Source: Macrostomum lignano
Lineage: Eukaryota
DNA: 64,000 nt
Direction: 5' to 3'
NCBI GenBank assembly: GCA_002269645.1
Contig: NIVC01000245.1
Location: 372,001 to 436,000 of the forward strand
Under the pieces are notes generated by a model. That model was given only the letters and a program-made list of their open reading frames with translations. It had not been told where the DNA came from and made no database searches. Position numbers and translations under genes: made by a program. Positions 61,798 through 64,000 of this stretch are shown one piece after another (the stretch's first letter is position 1; every line of letters starts with the position of its first letter).

Positions 61798-63957
61798 TCA
61801 GTCCAACAGCATTGGGCGGTTCAGATCAACTGGAGTGCCCAGAACTGGCTGGGCAGGTCCCGTTGTCAATGAGCTCCATAGACCGCCGAATCTGAGATAA
61901 GATGCGGTTTTGTTATAATAAATTAGTTTTAATTATCATAATCAAATATAATAAAATACGCGAAGTTTGTTAAAATCACAGGATTACATGTATTGTAGTA
62001 AAATCCTATACTTAGCCGGCGCCACTGTCTTATATTTGGCGCCGCTGTCCTATATTTGGCGCCACTGTCCTATATTTGGCGCCACAGTCCTATATTTGGC
62101 GCCACTGTCCTATACTTGGCGCCACTGTCCTATATTTGGCACCACTGTACAATATTTGACGCCACTGTACAATATTTAGCGCCACTGTACAATATTTTGA
62201 GCGATAGTCTTATATTTGGCGCCACTGTCCTATATTTGGCGCCGCTGTCCTATATTTGGCGCCGCTGTCCTATATTTGGCGCCACTGTACAAAATTTTGC
62301 GCTACTGTACAATATTTGGAGCGACAGTCATATATTTGGCGCCACTGTACAATATTTGGCGCCACTGTCCTATATTTGGCGCCACTGTCCTATATTTGGC
62401 GCCGCTGTCCTATATTTGGCGCCACTGTCCTATATTTGGCGCCACTGTCCTATATTTGCTGCCGCTGTCCTATATTTGGCGCCGCTGTCCTATATTTGGC
62501 GCCACTGTCCTATATTTGGCGCCACTGTCCTATATTTGGCGTCACTGTCCTATATTTGGCGCCGCTGTCCTATATTTGGCGCCACTGTCCTATATTTGGC
62601 GCCACTGTCCTATATTTGGCGTCACTGTCCTATATTTGGCGTCACTGTCCTATATTTGGCGCCACTGTCCTACATTTGTTCTATATTCGGCTGTTCAGTC
62701 CAAGGACTGGGGGTCGCCACACACACCCTCAATTACCTCAGCTTATGCTGGCACCCATTTTACAGCTGGGTGAACTGAAGCAATGCAGAGTCAAGTGTCT
62801 TGCTCAAGAACACAAATTGTTCCGAGTGGATCGAGAATCGAACCCCCGACCTTTCAAATCGTATGTCCGACGCTCTAATTACCTATTTCTGGTAAGACTC
62901 AAAACTCACAGATTTCGCACGGCAGCTGTGACCCTGCCGCCACTTTCAAGCTGAGGCTTCTCTTGTTGCCGGCGTCCCCGCTGGCGCTGGCGTCCCCGGC
63001 TGCTGACCTTAGCCTGAGCATCTTCATCATTGCGCCGCCTCATCTGATCCAGTCGAGCAGCGGCTCGCATGCAGTCAGCCTTTTTCACAGCCTCCTGCAG
63101 CTCTATCAGTCGCTCCTTATAGGCATTTCGTTCCATTAATAATCGAGTGACTTCGACTTGAGTGACAGCTGGATGATTGCCGCATTCGACGGTGTCATCT
63201 GTTTGAGCTGAAGAGTCTGCTGTAGCAGTCTCGCTGCTCAGCTGTGTCTGAAATTTGATGATGCTTTCCTCCGCTTGACAGAGTTGCCTCAGGAGACTCT
63301 CGTTCTCTCTGCAAATTGTGTGGGTTGAAGGATTTACTTATAACTAGCTATAAGCCAAGAAGAATAAATTCTTAGTTTAGTAGGGTATCCAATGAGTTCT
63401 AGCCAATGGGGTAGAAGGGATCCAATGAGTTGTAGCCAATGGGGTAGAAGGGATCCAATGAGTTGTAGCCAATGGGGTAGAAGGGATCCAATGAGTTGTA
63501 GCCAATGGGATAGAAGGGATCCAATGAGTTGTAGCCAATGGGGTAGAAGGGATCCAATGAGTTGTAGCCAATGGGATAGAAGGGATCCAATGAGTTGTAG
63601 CCAATGGGGTAGAAGGGATCCAATGAGTTGTAGCCAATGGGGTAGAAGGGATCCAATGAGTTGTAGCCAATGGGGTAGAAGGGATCCAATGTGTTGTAGC
63701 CAATGGGGTAGAAGGGATCCAATGAGTTTTAGCCAATGGGGTAGAAGGGATCCAATGAGTTGTAGCCAATGGGGTAGAAGGGATCCAATGAGTTTTAGCC
63801 AATGGGGTAGAAGGGATCCAATGAGTTGTAGCCAATGGGGTAGAAGGGATCCAATGAGTTGTAGCCAATGGGGTAGAAGGGATCCAATTTACACGCTCAC
63901 CTATCCGCGTAGCTCACGCGAGCCGTTAGTCGTTCTTTAGTAGACTGAAGTTCGCTT
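61798..63957 (-). CDS. 3' part of an RH2-domain coiled-coil adaptor (JIP3/JIP4- or RILP-type); exons 63957-63901, 63308-62910, 61891-61798; 5' part outside the window
   Basis: VEVTRLLMERNAYKERLIELQEAV closely matches the JIP3/4 RH2 core ([24 protein letters not shown]). Donors AG|GTGAGC and CT|GTGAGT are both phase 2 and join into an open frame ending ...RPMLLD-TGA. Confidence 0.75.
62030..62672. repeat. 20-bp minisatellite (TATATTTGGCGCCACTGTCC)
   Basis: About 32 copies, intronic. Confidence 0.97.
62688..62885 (-). mobile_element. tRNA-derived CORE-SINE, second copy (intronic)
   Basis: Reverse complement of the 54009-54207 element; clean B box GGTTCGATTC. Confidence 0.85.
63385..63887. repeat. 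33-bp minisatellite (AGCCAATGGGGTAGAAGGGATCCAATGAGTTGT)
   Basis: About 15 copies, starting about 12 bp from the donor at 63900. Confidence 0.97.
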
Positions 63958-64000
63958 CTGAAGATGGTAAACCCCGAAATTATCTGTACGAATATATATA

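Overview
Animal genomic DNA with GT-AG introns, GC-rich exons and AT-rich intergenic sequence; there are no rRNA, tRNA or CRISPR loci. The style resembles a repeat-rich free-living flatworm such as Macrostomum, but that is inference only. Genes reconstructed by hand with phase-consistent splice junctions: a 3-exon divergent Brachyury-like T-box factor (31853-34869), a 6-exon GnRH/AKH-family GPCR (36113-43129), a 5-exon 310-aa orphan (49850-53776), a 3-exon divergent CK1-family kinase (54948-59231), and the last three exons of an RH2-domain JIP3/4- or RILP-type adaptor (minus, 61798-63957). Also present are an intronless ankyrin-repeat pseudogene (2356-5137) and a small basic, mitochondrial-looking ORF (18442-18861). 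Mobile DNA: a recent but defective Mag-type Ty3/Gypsy element (11849-16548), two tRNA-derived CORE-SINEs, a MITE-like element, a PHD-finger retroelement ORF1/gag fragment, an LTR-like segment with three perfect heat-shock elements, and an unexplained triad of diverged LTR/leader-like units (5803-8635) with conserved hairpins and a tRNA-Leu primer-site motif. More than 20 distinct minisatellites fill most introns; seven have exactly 20-bp units and several share short cores resembling transcription-factor sites. Most ORF-track entries over these arrays are artefacts.
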